Shown here: positions 1 to 12,438 of the stretch, one piece after another
How the letters are laid out: the number at the start of each line of letters is the position of its first letter
Position numbering within the stretch: the first letter of the stretch is position 1
NCBI GenBank assembly: GCA_965197905.1
Contig: CBDAOB010000003.1
Coordinates: 257,937-321,936, forward strand
Origin: Candidatus Latescibacterota bacterium
Lineage (GTDB): Bacteria > Latescibacterota > UBA2968 > UBA8231
Direction: 5' to 3'
DNA length: 64,000 bases
Notes under the pieces: generated by a model
Databases searched by the model: none
Told to the model about the DNA's origin: nothing
What the model saw: the letters and a program-made list of their open reading frames with translations, nothing else
Position numbers and translations under genes: made by a program

Positions 1-91
1 TGACAGGGGTTCGGTAAGGGCATTCCGATCAAGGACGAGCTCCAAACAGGCAGCTCGCGCCTTACCGGAAAGCAATTAGGCTGGATGGGTA

Positions 92-349
92 CTAAGCTAC
101 CACGCGCCCCATCATCTGATCGATTCTATGGGACACCTTTTCTATCGAGAGCCCTGCCGACACCCGCATTTCTCGGATCAGGTATTTCAACAGGACAACT
201 TCCGCCATATCGAACACCTCTTTGGTGCCGGCGGAGTCAGTAGCCTTTAAAAGTCCCTTGGACTTGTATTCAAGGATCTTATGAGTGGAGGTGCCGAACA
301 AGCTTGCGGCCTCGTCGATGCCGATGAACTTTGTCTTTTGCCTTGCCAT
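92..349 (-). CDS. small putative DNA-binding protein (HTH, excisionase/MerR-like); hypothetical
   Basis: 85-aa ORF with an N-terminal HTH-like segment (IGIDEAASLFGTSTHKILEY); no other support. Confidence 0.35.
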   Translation of the reverse strand: MARQKTKFIGIDEAASLFGTSTHKILEYKSKGLLKATDSAGTKEVFDMAEVVLLKYLIREMRVSAGLSIEKVSHRIDQMMGRVVA

Positions 350-644
350 AAGATAGACCTCCCTGTCTAGTGTCGCAGGCGATATATATGATACTATTTA
401 ATACTAAGTATATCGGGACCTGAGGCGAAAACTCCAGGGGTGGAAGGCAGATTGTTGGAAAAAGCGAAATCGGAGGGGTCGTGACTCGCGTCGCGGCCTC
501 GGAGACGAATCTCTAATCCACTGACCCGCCAGGTCAAAAGGTTGCAGAGATGAACAGCGGGCAAGGTAATTTCGATCTGAAACTATGCTTATCAGCTGCA
601 ATCACGGAACGAGATCGCCAAAGTGCAGCTGGGTCCTGCGCCGA

Positions 645-2975
645 TCATTTTGGCTTCTTCGCTCGGGTACTTTGAAATAGCCCGTTGACCAGATCCACAA
701 TTGTGTCCTTGAGCAAGAGCGTTACCGCCACGAGCCGTTCCGCGGGTAGCTCATATCGCTCTTCGAGCGCCAGCAATTCCGGATTTTGGTCGCCCCGCGC
801 ATCCATGAACGTCTGAGACTCCTGCTCGCTAGTTTCGAGCGCCGTTGCGACCAACGCTTCTATACTTGCAGGCGTATACTCACCCGTCTCGCGCTCCTTC
901 TGGGATACGGAGACCTGCTCGCTATTTTTTTCAAATGCATCTGTCATCTGCTGGAAGAGTCTCGGTAAAGGGTTGCTGAGGAGTTCCTCGGCCACAATCG
1001 GTTTGAGGTGGGTTTCCCGATACTGAAATGGAATGTTGATCATGCGGGGGAAAGGACTGAACCCCTTCGTCAAGCAGTTGGCCAGAGCGATCAATGCCGT
1101 TTCACCTTCGGCTTCCGAGTCGATATGGTGATGATTGCGAATCGGTTCGATGAGTTCCGGGAAGATCTCCCACTGTGCCAGTAACGCACCCCCGGTGACC
1201 GGATGCTGGAAATCACCGACTACCGCTTGCTCACTGGCAAGCAAACCACCTTGCCATTTTGTTCGTTCGATCTCGTACAACACAAGTGGGAATATGTCCT
1301 GGTATATGATCGTATTGAGCAGCTTTCCTACATCGTGCAATACACCGCAGGTGAAGCTGTTAAACTCTACCGGCACTGCCGTCACGTTCCACAACTTAAA
1401 ATGCTTTAAAATCTCTAGTATAAACGGCGGCAATTTAAGACTCTGGATAATCTCCTGCTCCTTGGGAGAGGGTTCCTCTACATTCAGGTTCAATATCTGC
1501 GCCATGTAGCCAACACTTGCACTGTGGAGAAAAAAATGTCGAACGTCGAATCCTGCCTGTTGGACCTTTTGTGTGAGCTCACTCATGGCCGTGCCCATGA
1601 TTATCTTTCGTGTTTCTTCCATTCCGATCATGGAAAGGGCACTTTCCAGCGTCTCGACACGCTGTCTGGCCGAATAACGTGCCAGATTTGAGGTGCGGAT
1701 GATGGAGCTCTGCAAGCCGCCATCGGGTTGAATTATTTTTGCCAGCTCGGTGTATCGCGCGCCCTGATCGATCGCCTGCAAGACCTGTTGGCACACGTGC
1801 GGAAAGCCCGGCAGAAGCTCCATGGCGATATGATCCTTTTCTAGCTTCTGGCGGATCTCATCTGGAGACAACATCTCGTTCTTAGCTGGCTGACCGTTGC
1901 TCAGCTTGGACTTGGTAGCAATGACCTCCTTCAAGTCTTGAGTAAAGAACTGGGACCAGAATTTTCTAGTCTCTTTGACATCCGCCGTAGCCTCACAACC
2001 CTTGACGCTAATCCTTTCTGAAAGCTGCATCAGATGGTCCCAGGAGAAATTCGTTTGGTCCGAATTGTGACATACAACTACATGGCGGTCTTCTCCCGAA
2101 TTCGCCATCATCCGTACTGTTGCTTCGCTTAAACCGGGTACGTTGGGACCGAAGATGATACTGCAAATCTGCCGAGAGAATCGCCGAGCATGTCTTGGAA
2201 TGTCAGCACTGTTGTTGGCCAGAGCGATTTCTATCCGGACGGGAGCCGACGAATCTTCCCCCAGTTGGCTATTCAATACCTTTTGAGCCGCATAAATGGT
2301 CCGAAAGTGGCGATAGGACTCAGCCGTCTTCAACAGATTTGGATCCTTGGGTATGGCCTCGCATACAATGACTATGAAGGGTTTTCCCTGAAGCTGATCG
2401 GCAGAGACACTTTTCTTGGGCCCCTTGGCATCTTTCGTATCGGATTCTGTTCGCGGTGAAGCAGCATGGTCGGCGTCGAGCGCAGACTCTGGAGGTTCTA
2501 GCAAACCGTCGATCGCGGTTCGCAAGTCGAAAGAGGTGCCGAGCTCCTCTTCCATCCGCAATATGGAATCCGCAAACGTTCGCTGAGCGCGTTCTGTTTC
2601 CTTTGCGTGCTCCGCTAGGGCGTATTCGACCGACTTTTTCAAGTCGTTTATCCTGAACGGTTTTGTCAGGAATTCTCCAACCCCTTTGTGGACCGCATCA
2701 ATGGCCAATTCCATGGTCGGAAATCCGGTCATGATTACAAACGCCATATCCGGCTGAATCTTCTTGATACGATCAATCAACAGATCTCCTGATATTCCCG
2801 GCATTCTGATGTCCGTGATCACCAGATCGAATCTTTGGCCCTGGACCATCTCAAGAGCCTGTTCCCCATCTTCAGCAGATTGAACGCGGAAGCCAGCGTT
2901 CTCGAGAACACTCGTACACATGGTGCGAATCTTCTCCTGATCTTCCACTATGAGGATGTCGTTTCGGGCAGTCAT
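645..2975 (-). CDS. response regulator: N-terminal CheY-like receiver plus C-terminal HDOD domain
   Basis: N-terminus ILIVEDQ...DLVITDIRMPGISG...TKPF is a receiver with the phospho-Asp motif; C-terminus LLPGFPHVCQQVL...ANSARY...LHDVGKLL...NHHHIDSE matches the HDOD pattern; 776 aa. Confidence 0.7.
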   Translation of the reverse strand: MTARNDILIVEDQEKIRTMCTSVLENAGFRVQSAEDGEQALEMVQGQRFDLVITDIRMPGISGDLLIDRIKKIQPDMAFVIMTGFPTMELAIDAVHKGVGEFLTKPFRINDLKKSVEYALAEHAKETERAQRTFADSILRMEEELGTSFDLRTAIDGLLEPPESALDADHAASPRTESDTKDAKGPKKSVSADQLQGKPFIVIVCEAIPKDPNLLKTAESYRHFRTIYAAQKVLNSQLGEDSSAPVRIEIALANNSADIPRHARRFSRQICSIIFGPNVPGLSEATVRMMANSGEDRHVVVCHNSDQTNFSWDHLMQLSERISVKGCEATADVKETRKFWSQFFTQDLKEVIATKSKLSNGQPAKNEMLSPDEIRQKLEKDHIAMELLPGFPHVCQQVLQAIDQGARYTELAKIIQPDGGLQSSIIRTSNLARYSARQRVETLESALSMIGMEETRKIIMGTAMSELTQKVQQAGFDVRHFFLHSASVGYMAQILNLNVEEPSPKEQEIIQSLKLPPFILEILKHFKLWNVTAVPVEFNSFTCGVLHDVGKLLNTIIYQDIFPLVLYEIERTKWQGGLLASEQAVVGDFQHPVTGGALLAQWEIFPELIEPIRNHHHIDSEAEGETALIALANCLTKGFSPFPRMINIPFQYRETHLKPIVAEELLSNPLPRLFQQMTDAFEKNSEQVSVSQKERETGEYTPASIEALVATALETSEQESQTFMDARGDQNPELLALEERYELPAERLVAVTLLLKDTIVDLVNGLFQSTRAKKPK

Positions 2976-3121
2976 TTTTTCATCGCAGAGGTGTGTGGAA
3001 AGTTCGGCGGCAAGATATAGCTTGGGCCGATGACGTTCGCCGAGCTTTACATGCTGTCGCTGGGCGATGAACAGTCACCATTGTACTATGACAAAATGTC
3101 GATCACATTCCTACTAGTAAA

Positions 3122-3139
3122 ATTACTAGTATTTCGCTC
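3122..3139. promoter_or_regulatory. perfect-arm palindrome ACTAGTAaaatTACTAGT in an AT-rich region upstream of the response-regulator gene
   Basis: 7-bp inverted arms with a 4-bp spacer, about 150 bp upstream of the start at 2975; candidate operator. Confidence 0.3.
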
Positions 3140-3619
3140 ACCATTTGTCTATTCGAGAGATTTTGTGTCTGTTTTTGATAAAGGAGGGTTTTGTTCTATA
3201 GTATTTTTCATGCGGCAAAACACCGCCAGCGATCTAGAGCCGGCCGGCGGGAGATCAGAAAGCTGCTTTCGAAATCGATGGGATATGTGAAAGAAGCGAT
3301 GTCTCGGAATTAGGCCGCATATCGCACTGCCTTGGGATCACACTAGTCGCAGCGGAACAGTCCTCCAGGTCACGCTCTATATTCGTTGGTCTTCAATTTC
3401 GGCTCATATCTTTTGGAAAATAGTAGGCTGCAATAACTGCTGCACCCCAATGGCCTCGTTGTGACCCGCTTCGTGCGCCCGACTCAGTCCTATGAGTCCT
3501 TTCTCCAAATATTCTTCGGTCAGCATCGTATGCCACTCCTCGATCCCCACGACCCCGGCGCAGCCAGGGCGCCATCAGTACACTTGCATAAAACTCCCGA
3601 TTTAAATTCTGGACAGACC

Positions 3620-4951
3620 CTAAGTCTCATTGAGGATGCTCATCAGAGATTGATTCTGATGTTCTGACATCCACAATGAGGTCAAATAGGCGGCTCCCGC
3701 CAAATACAAGTGTGCTTTCTGTGGATTCATCCAGCATCCATCGATACAGGCGCGAACGTATTTTACTAAATGGGCATCCCTTCGAATCGAGGCTTGGGTG
3801 GCAATCTCTGTAACCATGTCCAATCTGTGCTCAGGTGCCGTATGCCAAGCAACAGAGGCTGCATCAGAAGGTGAAGAATGCAGGGCTTCTGAAAAGGAGC
3901 CTGATACTTTAGGCGGTTCGAAATGGTAAGAGAAATCGGCTTGAGACAAAGCAGCTCTAAATCCTAACACCCAGCTCAAAGTAACCAAAGGCATTTGGAT
4001 ATCTTCGGGAATTATCGGACTCAAGGACCATGCGGCTTGGGGCAAATTGAGGCAATGTGTCCATCCATATTTTGAAAATTCGGTATTCTCTTGGAGCATC
4101 GATTGCACAGCTGTATTGAGAGTTAAGTTTAACAACACCTGGTTGAGTTGCTCCTTTGACATTGGAGGGATTCTAGGCAGGAAATCTTTGAGTAATTGGG
4201 CCTCTTCACCTACTTGAACGACGTTTCTAATGGCTAGGCTCTCCAGTTTTTGGCGTAATCTGGGCAGATGGTCAATGGCATCCCCCAGTTCTGATTCGAT
4301 GGATAGAATATCGACCTCTGGATTTGATCCCCCCGTTTCAAGCTCTACCAAATCGAAGAACTCATCTTGAATCATCACGTCGGTGTCTTGTGCAAATCCC
4401 CGAATCATCTCCCTTATCAATTTGAGCGAAGAATCGCCACCCTCTGCCCCCATAGCGGTCAAATTATGTACCCCGATATGGGCATGGGCAGCGCAGGCCA
4501 AGGTTCGGATGCTCTTTCCTACAATAGCTTCCAAAAGAACCTGATAGTCGAATTGTCTACACATCGAGACACAGAGGCAGTCAGCCCGCTCGACATCGCC
4601 TTCAGTAATAGCGCTTTGGAGCTGGTCGATTGCATTCCATCGATTTGGAAGATCTATGAGTTGTTGAGGCGGAGCTATAGTAGGGCCTTGGGCTTGGTAC
4701 CTGGCGCATAGACTGACCATTTGCATACGCGCCATTCTTCGTTCATCAGGTTTTACGAACGGCAGTAGTCTCTTTCGCGCCAATAACTGAAGTGGAGCGT
4801 GCATCGTAAAAGAGCTGCCATTTTCTGTCGGTTCCGAGACGTTTTCTGCGATCAGGCCAAACAGCTGATGGTCCGTCAATTGGTCCAGGTCTCGACTCTT
4901 GTACTCGGTCTCGACTTTTTTGGGGTCTATGCCACTGAGAACGTTGTACAT
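3620..4951 (-). CDS. hypothetical protein
   Basis: long ORF; the listed start (5110) overlaps the upstream VOC gene; internal ATG at 4951 preceded by AAGGGAG; no family recognised. Confidence 0.4.
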   Translation of the reverse strand: MYNVLSGIDPKKVETEYKSRDLDQLTDHQLFGLIAENVSEPTENGSSFTMHAPLQLLARKRLLPFVKPDERRMARMQMVSLCARYQAQGPTIAPPQQLIDLPNRWNAIDQLQSAITEGDVERADCLCVSMCRQFDYQVLLEAIVGKSIRTLACAAHAHIGVHNLTAMGAEGGDSSLKLIREMIRGFAQDTDVMIQDEFFDLVELETGGSNPEVDILSIESELGDAIDHLPRLRQKLESLAIRNVVQVGEEAQLLKDFLPRIPPMSKEQLNQVLLNLTLNTAVQSMLQENTEFSKYGWTHCLNLPQAAWSLSPIIPEDIQMPLVTLSWVLGFRAALSQADFSYHFEPPKVSGSFSEALHSSPSDAASVAWHTAPEHRLDMVTEIATQASIRRDAHLVKYVRACIDGCWMNPQKAHLYLAGAAYLTSLWMSEHQNQSLMSILNET

Positions 4952-4964
4952 GGCTCCCTTTGCA

Positions 4965-5387
4965 TCACTCATAGGAGTTTCGTTCTTCGGGCTTATCCGA
5001 AAGATATTGGACAATTTCCCATTCAAACCCAGCCGCGTCATAATAATAGACTCGTTTTCTGTAGGGTTCGGGTTGAACGGGATTCCCCTTTTTGTACCCG
5101 CCTTCTTCAAGACGTTTGATCACGGATGCAAGATCATCAACCACCCAGGATAGATGGTTCACCCCATAACTCTTGTAAGTTGGTAGTGCGCTTTGTGGAG
5201 TCGCATCCAAATGAGGTTCTTGTAACGCGATATAGTGTTGCTCCGTGCCGATATGTACCCATCGAATACTTCCTTCTCTGGCTTTGTCGCATCTCACTTT
5301 GAAGGAAGGATCAACGACCATGAGGAAAGAAATCTGCGCATCGATGTCAGGTACGGTAATATTTGCATGTTCTAAATAAGTTGCCAT
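4965..5387 (-). CDS. VOC/glyoxalase-family protein
   Basis: 140 aa, betaalphabetabetabeta-type sequence (HLSWVVDDLASVIKRLEEGGY). Confidence 0.65.
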   Translation of the reverse strand: MATYLEHANITVPDIDAQISFLMVVDPSFKVRCDKAREGSIRWVHIGTEQHYIALQEPHLDATPQSALPTYKSYGVNHLSWVVDDLASVIKRLEEGGYKKGNPVQPEPYRKRVYYYDAAGFEWEIVQYLSDKPEERNSYE

Positions 5388-5426
5388 GAGTTCCTCCTTT
5401 CGTGACGTCCTGCAAAGACTTCCTTT

Positions 5427-5840
5427 TCACTCAGGCTTTGGCGACCAGAACTCCAACAGGTTCCCATCTGGATCATAGAAATAGTAGGCGGCCGCTTTCA
5501 TCCACTTAAGATTGTGTGGACCGTATACTTCTGTCCCCTGATCACGGACGTGGGCAACAGCGGAATCCAGCTGCTCGCGTGGCACGTTAAAGGCGTAGTG
5601 GATCGGCCCCAAGCGTTCGCCCCTGGGCAGGGGCGATTGATCCTCAAACAACAGCGAACCCTTGTGTAGCGCTATCCGTTCCGCCAGATCGGGAGCGCCC
5701 GCCCAAAACCATGCCCACGTGTCATCGGCCTCCGTCGCGGGCGTCAAACCTACTACGTCACGGTAAAACTCGGCGGACGCCTGTACATCTTTCACGACCA
5801 AGACAATTTCAGCCAGACCGATACTGAACATGGTGATCAC
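5427..5840 (-). CDS. VOC/glyoxalase-family protein
   Basis: 137 aa; IGLAEIVLVVKDVQASAEFYRDVVGL...YFYDPDGNLLEF is typical of glyoxalase/bleomycin-resistance proteins. Confidence 0.7.
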   Translation of the reverse strand: MITMFSIGLAEIVLVVKDVQASAEFYRDVVGLTPATEADDTWAWFWAGAPDLAERIALHKGSLLFEDQSPLPRGERLGPIHYAFNVPREQLDSAVAHVRDQGTEVYGPHNLKWMKAAAYYFYDPDGNLLEFWSPKPE

Positions 5841-5879
5841 CTCCTTATGGAAGCAGGGAGTAATCCTTGATTTGTGGGC

Positions 5880-6515
5880 TCACTCGCCTCCACCTGGATT
5901 CATGGGAGCGCCTTCCCACGCTCTGAGAAATTCCTGCGCCTTGTCTGAGGTATGCAGGTAGGCAAAGCGGGCCACCTGGCGTCCGACCTCCTTCACCCGT
6001 TCCTCTAATTCCCCAGCTTTCAGCTTCCCGGCCTCGTCAAATGCGTTGCTCGCCGAGGGAATGGACGCCTGCTCCGGGATCACCCAAGCGTGAAGCGCTC
6101 GAAAAATGGCTCGTAGACTGTGCAACGCATTAGCTGCTCCGCCGGAACCACCAGAAACCCCAACCAGACCGATCATCTTGCCTTCAATCTCGTCAAAACC
6201 CATGAGATCTAAGGCATTCTTCAGCACACCACTGAAGCCCCCATGATATTCTGGTGTTCCCAGAATGATCCCTCGAGCTTGCTGCACGTCCCTCCGTAGT
6301 TTTGCTACATCCTCTGGGTAAGAGCTTTCGCTCTCCCCGCCATCGCAGAAGACGAGGTTGTAATCCCGCAAGTCGATCAAGTGGGTCTGGACTCCAACCT
6401 CCTGGGCGCCTTTCAAAGCAACGTTTAGGGCCAGGCGGGTGTAACTGCGCGATCTCAAACTCCCGCAGATACCTACGACGAGGATGTGATTTTCAGTCTG
6501 TTCTTTTTGACTCAT
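5880..6515 (-). CDS. NAD(P)H-dependent FMN reductase
   Basis: ILVVGICGSLRSRSYTRLAL...GTPEYHGGFSGVLKNALD is the flavodoxin-like NADPH-dependent FMN reductase signature. Confidence 0.75.
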   Translation of the reverse strand: MSQKEQTENHILVVGICGSLRSRSYTRLALNVALKGAQEVGVQTHLIDLRDYNLVFCDGGESESSYPEDVAKLRRDVQQARGIILGTPEYHGGFSGVLKNALDLMGFDEIEGKMIGLVGVSGGSGGAANALHSLRAIFRALHAWVIPEQASIPSASNAFDEAGKLKAGELEERVKEVGRQVARFAYLHTSDKAQEFLRAWEGAPMNPGGGE

Positions 6516-6833
6516 GGCAACATCCCTCCTTTGCCTGTTTCCTAGAAGATACGATTCGGAGGCAGGCTATTTCTATCGGTAATAGTGATGACTTTTGGAG
6601 AGGCGGTAGGTAAGCCACGTATCGGGAAGAACCCTTACCCGATCGATCGCCGAGGTCAGTTCAGAGTGGGTAGGGTGGCATCTGGATGTGGAGGTATCTG
6701 GAGGCCTCGGTAAAAACCCTTAGTTGCTCTTTTGGGTGGGGTAGTCGCCGATTGCGGACGGTAGGGGAGAATACGTATGCTCCCCGATCCGTGTGCCGTA
6801 GAATGTGCGACGCCGCCGGTCAGGCGTGGTTTG

Positions 6834-7802
6834 CTACTCGTTGATCAAGCCGTGCCGGTGGGCGTAGGAAGCTGCTTCGGTCCGATTATTGGCCCCGATC
6901 TTTGCTAGGATGTTTCTGACGTGCGTCTGGACCGTCTTGATGGAGATAAACAGCTGATCGGCGATCTGTTGGTCGGTCTTGCCGCCGGCAAGGAGCCGCA
7001 GCAGCTCCACTTCGCGTTCCGTCAATCCGTGGGGATACTCCTCGTGGAGATCTTCGCCATGATGGAGTCGCCGGGCAAACGAGTAGGTCTGCGCCTGTGC
7101 CCGGGCGGTCGGCGCGTGGGCGGCCAGATAACGGGCAGCGGCAACCAACACGTGGACGCCAGCGTTGGTCTCAGCGAATGCGCCGTACTCGCGAAACGCT
7201 GCTTCGACGGCTTGGATAGTATGGAAGTCGCGGTCTTCACGCAGCAGTACGCCACCGAGCACAGCGAGTAGGCGTTTGGGAGTTCCGCCACTGAACAGGT
7301 ATCGCGCTACCAATCGCCCGGCTTCATCCACCCGCCGCTGCCGGTCAAGGAGGACCGGCAGCTCCTCCAAGAGCTCCTCCGGCCTATCGACTTTGTCGTC
7401 GGACGGTGGAAGACGCGCCGCTGGCACGTTGAGAAAGCGGTCGAGGTAGACGCTCATGGCAGCGTCGAAAACGCCGCGCAGAAGCTCTCGCGAAGGCGCG
7501 CGCCGGAGACCTTCATGAACGGCATGAGCAAAGGAGAAGGTGTGGAGCGCTGTATTCCAATCCGCGTACTCGTTACTGGTGTGAAACTGCGCTATCCGCA
7601 GTGCCGCGGCGTAGGTAACTGCGCTGGCCAACTGCTGCTCGGTAGCTCCGTCGCGAAGAGCCGCCAGCAGTGCCGCAACGATCGTGCGCGCATCCTCCCC
7701 TAAGAGTACCGGACGTAATTTCTCCTCTCCCGACCATTGGCCGCGGTGGCGCCTTCCTGCATCAACCGCATCCGGCAGCTCGTCGAACGCCTCCTCCAAC
7801 AA
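6834..7802 (-). CDS. LuxR-family transcriptional regulator (C-terminal HTH)
   Basis: C-terminus LTEREVELLRLLAGGKTDQQIADQLFISIKTVQTHVRNILAKIG; TTG start in the ORF track. Confidence 0.65.
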   Translation of the reverse strand: MLEEAFDELPDAVDAGRRHRGQWSGEEKLRPVLLGEDARTIVAALLAALRDGATEQQLASAVTYAAALRIAQFHTSNEYADWNTALHTFSFAHAVHEGLRRAPSRELLRGVFDAAMSVYLDRFLNVPAARLPPSDDKVDRPEELLEELPVLLDRQRRVDEAGRLVARYLFSGGTPKRLLAVLGGVLLREDRDFHTIQAVEAAFREYGAFAETNAGVHVLVAAARYLAAHAPTARAQAQTYSFARRLHHGEDLHEEYPHGLTEREVELLRLLAGGKTDQQIADQLFISIKTVQTHVRNILAKIGANNRTEAASYAHRHGLINE

Positions 7803-7821
7803 CGCGATGAGATCGACGGGC

Positions 7822-8412
7822 CTACGCCAATTCTTGGCCTCTTCCTTTCGATCTGCAGAAGCATAACCTTTTGCAAGGCTCGGTCAATACTGCTTCAGCG
7901 TGCTCCCACCCGGCCACATCGAGGGCCTCAAGAGCTTTGTTGGTGAAATCGAGGCAATGGCCGGAGGCGATATAGCGGTGGTCTGTGACAGCAGAGAAGA
8001 GCATGTCGGCCATGTGACGGTGGTCGGCACCGATGCGCACCGCCGTGGCGATGCAGCGTTCTGCCCCCTCAGCATCGCGCACCTCCACAAACTGGCGAAA
8101 CCAACGCTTGATGGTCTCTAGGTCAATGGTGGGATTTGGAAGCGGGCGAATCGGAAATCGTTTGGGCGACCAACACGTATCCTCCGCTATGGCACATAAA
8201 CCCTGATAGAGCGCCAAAGGTTGGTTGTCGGTGTGCAGGTGAGGTAGCTGGTTGACCATGCAGGTAGCGATAGTCAACCCGGCGTCCCATCCAGCGCGTC
8301 GATGCCGAACACCGAAGTCGAGACCAATACGAAACGGCTCGACAGGATCAGCAGTCCCATCGAGGAGGGCAATTACAGACTTGCCGATGACCAGGTTGAT
8401 TTCCCGTTGCAA
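7822..8412 (-). CDS. hypothetical; possibly a frameshifted N-terminal part of the LuxR regulator
   Basis: ORF ends 20 bp before the LuxR start in a different frame; further start-less coding-like sequence upstream (8505-8790, minus). Confidence 0.3.
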   Translation of the reverse strand: MQREINLVIGKSVIALLDGTADPVEPFRIGLDFGVRHRRAGWDAGLTIATCMVNQLPHLHTDNQPLALYQGLCAIAEDTCWSPKRFPIRPLPNPTIDLETIKRWFRQFVEVRDAEGAERCIATAVRIGADHRHMADMLFSAVTDHRYIASGHCLDFTNKALEALDVAGWEHAEAVLTEPCKRLCFCRSKGRGQELA

Positions 8413-8906
8413 ACCTTCGCGAAGGCGCTCGTGATGGTGACCGACCTTGTCAGTAGCTGGTATTGGCCTTGACCGACACCTCCCTCAAGCTCTGGTGAGT
8501 TCGAACGCCGGGATATGTCTCGTGACTGTCGTCAACAAAGGAGGCGTTGGCGGAAACGCTCCAAAGCCAGTTGGGCATTCATTGGTTTCTGAGCGTGCTC
8601 CTGGTCTGCGAACGAATATTCCGAGCCGGCATTTTGTGCTTCGTCAGAATACAACTCTAAGCAGTGAAGTAGATCAGGACGAGACAGGTCAAAAGGAACC
8701 CAGTCTGTCGTTGCAAGTACGCCGCCATACCTGAAGCCGACGACGTCGGTTGTCAGACCCTCGATCCTCTCCGGTCCGTACTGGTAGGAGAGGCAGGACT
8801 GAATCCCCTTGTCTGATATTCTCGGTCTTGAGCCAAGCGGTTACGCGCGCGATTAGTGCGTGGCCCCTTCGGTTTCGGAAACGCTGAGTTTTCTTATGTG
8901 CACAAG

Positions 8907-9935
8907 CTAGAAGCTGCCCTCACGCTGGTCGTAGTGCGTTGGCTTGCCATACGACTCTCCACCTCTCTGGACCCAGTGGGCGTTCCAGCGGATCATGGTA
9001 TCAAGATCAACTACGGGAGAACCAAACAGTTCGATGGCTTCTGCATTATCGCTGTGCCAGGCCTTATCGGCCTCTTCGCCCTTAAAGATGGGCTCGATTC
9101 GAAACATTTCTCCGAAGCGCCGGGCGACATACCTGATTTCTGCCGGCACTTCGGCACCGATATTGATAGCGGTTGCAGGAACTGTACCGTGGTGTAGACA
9201 ACGCAGGATCTGAGCAGTGGAATCCGCCTGCCAGATTACGTTGGCCACGCCCGTGCGGATGTCAATGGGTTGCCTATTTAGAACCTTCAAGGCGACATCG
9301 TGAAGAACCCCGTAACGCAAATCGATGGCATAGTTCAAGCGCACCAACCTCCCGGGGCTGTCGCTATGCCTAGAGAAATATTGAAAAATTCGTTCACGAG
9401 CCACGCACGAATTAGGATATTCCCCAAGGGGTTCCGGGGGGTGGGTTTCCGGTGCACTGCCGCTCCCATTAACCTCGACAAAGGGATATACACACAAGGT
9501 GGAAAAGGCCACAAATCGCGTTCTTCCTAGAATTTCACCGACGTGTGCAGGGACCATGGCGTTCATCGCCCAGGTATCGGGTTCGGATCCGGCGGTGCCA
9601 AATTTCTTCCCCGCCATGTAAACGATATTTTCCATGCGTGGAAGCGTCTGTACAGCGCTGCGGTCCAGGAGATCCATAGCAATGGTCTCTATTCCGTATG
9701 CTTCCAACTGTTGCTTTGTCTTAGGTGCGGAGAAGCGCGCCACACCAATCACCCGTTTCTCAGGAGCGGCGCGTTTGGCCATCCTGGCGAGGGTCGGACC
9801 CACTTTTCCACCGACACCCAAAATCAGTATATCACCTTCCAAGCGGGCAAAATCCTCCACTAGATCCGTCGTAGGGGTGGATTGAAGGTCTTCTAACTCG
9901 ACAACACTTTCGATCACCTCGGGCAGAATGTGCAT
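8907..9935 (-). CDS. NAD-dependent epimerase/dehydratase-family protein
   Basis: ILILGVGGKVGPTLARMA Rossmann motif; 342 aa. Confidence 0.6.
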   Translation of the reverse strand: MHILPEVIESVVELEDLQSTPTTDLVEDFARLEGDILILGVGGKVGPTLARMAKRAAPEKRVIGVARFSAPKTKQQLEAYGIETIAMDLLDRSAVQTLPRMENIVYMAGKKFGTAGSEPDTWAMNAMVPAHVGEILGRTRFVAFSTLCVYPFVEVNGSGSAPETHPPEPLGEYPNSCVARERIFQYFSRHSDSPGRLVRLNYAIDLRYGVLHDVALKVLNRQPIDIRTGVANVIWQADSTAQILRCLHHGTVPATAINIGAEVPAEIRYVARRFGEMFRIEPIFKGEEADKAWHSDNAEAIELFGSPVVDLDTMIRWNAHWVQRGGESYGKPTHYDQREGSF

Positions 9936-9942
9936 TACAGGC

Positions 9943-10656
9943 CTATCCTTCAGTCAGCGCGCAGCGAAACCCGAAGTCGCTGAACTGTTTCTCGGGGGCC
10001 AGACTCGAGCGTGCGGCACAGCGCGAGAAGCGGATCTGGTGGCGCCAGGAGCCGCCGCGGCCGACACACCGGTTGCCCGACGTCGGTCCCAGTGGGTTGC
10101 GGTCTGGAGAGTAGCTGTAGTAGGCTTTGTCGTAGTAGTCGGAGCACCACTCGTGCACGCCGGCCGACATGTCGTAGAGGCCGTAGCCATTGGGACCGTC
10201 GAGGCCAACAGAGTGCAGCGGCGCATCGCGCCCGCCCCGGTGGTCGCAAGGCAGTTGAGCGCCCCACGGGTAGGTGGTTCCTTCCAGACCGCCTCGAGCC
10301 GCTTTTTCGCGTTCGGCTTCGGTAGGTAACCGGTAGCTCCTGACGGTCATCGCAGACAACCATTCGCAGTAGGCTACGGCGTCAAACCAGTTGGCGCCGA
10401 CAACGGGTTGGTCAGGGTGTTGAAATTGCGGCTCGTGCCAAAAGATCGGAGGCTCACGGCCGCTAGCTGCCGTGAACAGGGCGTACTCGCCCCGAGTGAC
10501 GGGGAATTTGGCCAGCGCGAACAGGTCGATCCAGACGCGGTGGACAGGCCTTTCGTTGGGACTGTAACCGTCGCTGCCCATCAGGAAATCGCCGGCGGGT
10601 ATGGCGATGGTTGCGGGTTCGATGAAGTCAGGCGTCGACATGGGAACGTTCAACAC
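9943..10656 (-). CDS. formylglycine-generating enzyme (FGE/SUMF1) family protein
   Basis: GDFLMGSD...RPVHRV...FAL.KFPVT..EY..F...GANWFDAVAYCEWLS...RLPTEAEREKAARGG...YPWG...GLYDMSAGVHEWCSD are FGE hallmarks. Confidence 0.85.
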   Translation of the reverse strand: MLNVPMSTPDFIEPATIAIPAGDFLMGSDGYSPNERPVHRVWIDLFALAKFPVTRGEYALFTAASGREPPIFWHEPQFQHPDQPVVGANWFDAVAYCEWLSAMTVRSYRLPTEAEREKAARGGLEGTTYPWGAQLPCDHRGGRDAPLHSVGLDGPNGYGLYDMSAGVHEWCSDYYDKAYYSYSPDRNPLGPTSGNRCVGRGGSWRHQIRFSRCAARSSLAPEKQFSDFGFRCALTEG

Positions 10657-10801
10657 GGACAGTATTACCGGTAACGAACTTAATGATAATAGCAGTCGGT
10701 TGGAATCTTTTAACGGAATTGCGGCAGCGCGCGTTATGGAACCCTACTATTGGGAACTAGTGGGAACGCTCAAGAGAAGGATGTACTTGGCGTAAGCTAA
10801 G

Positions 10802-12388
<1,587 letters not shown>

Positions 12389-12438
12389 ACATCCACCATA
12401 TCGACGCCTTCACTGTTGCCGGCACACCATGATTGGCG

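Noticed and set aside
9950-10363. Multiple overlapping ORFs on both strands over the FGE gene (for example 10011-10325+, 9954-10226-)
   Set aside because: The FGE frame carries the diagnostic motifs; the others are GC-driven shadows.
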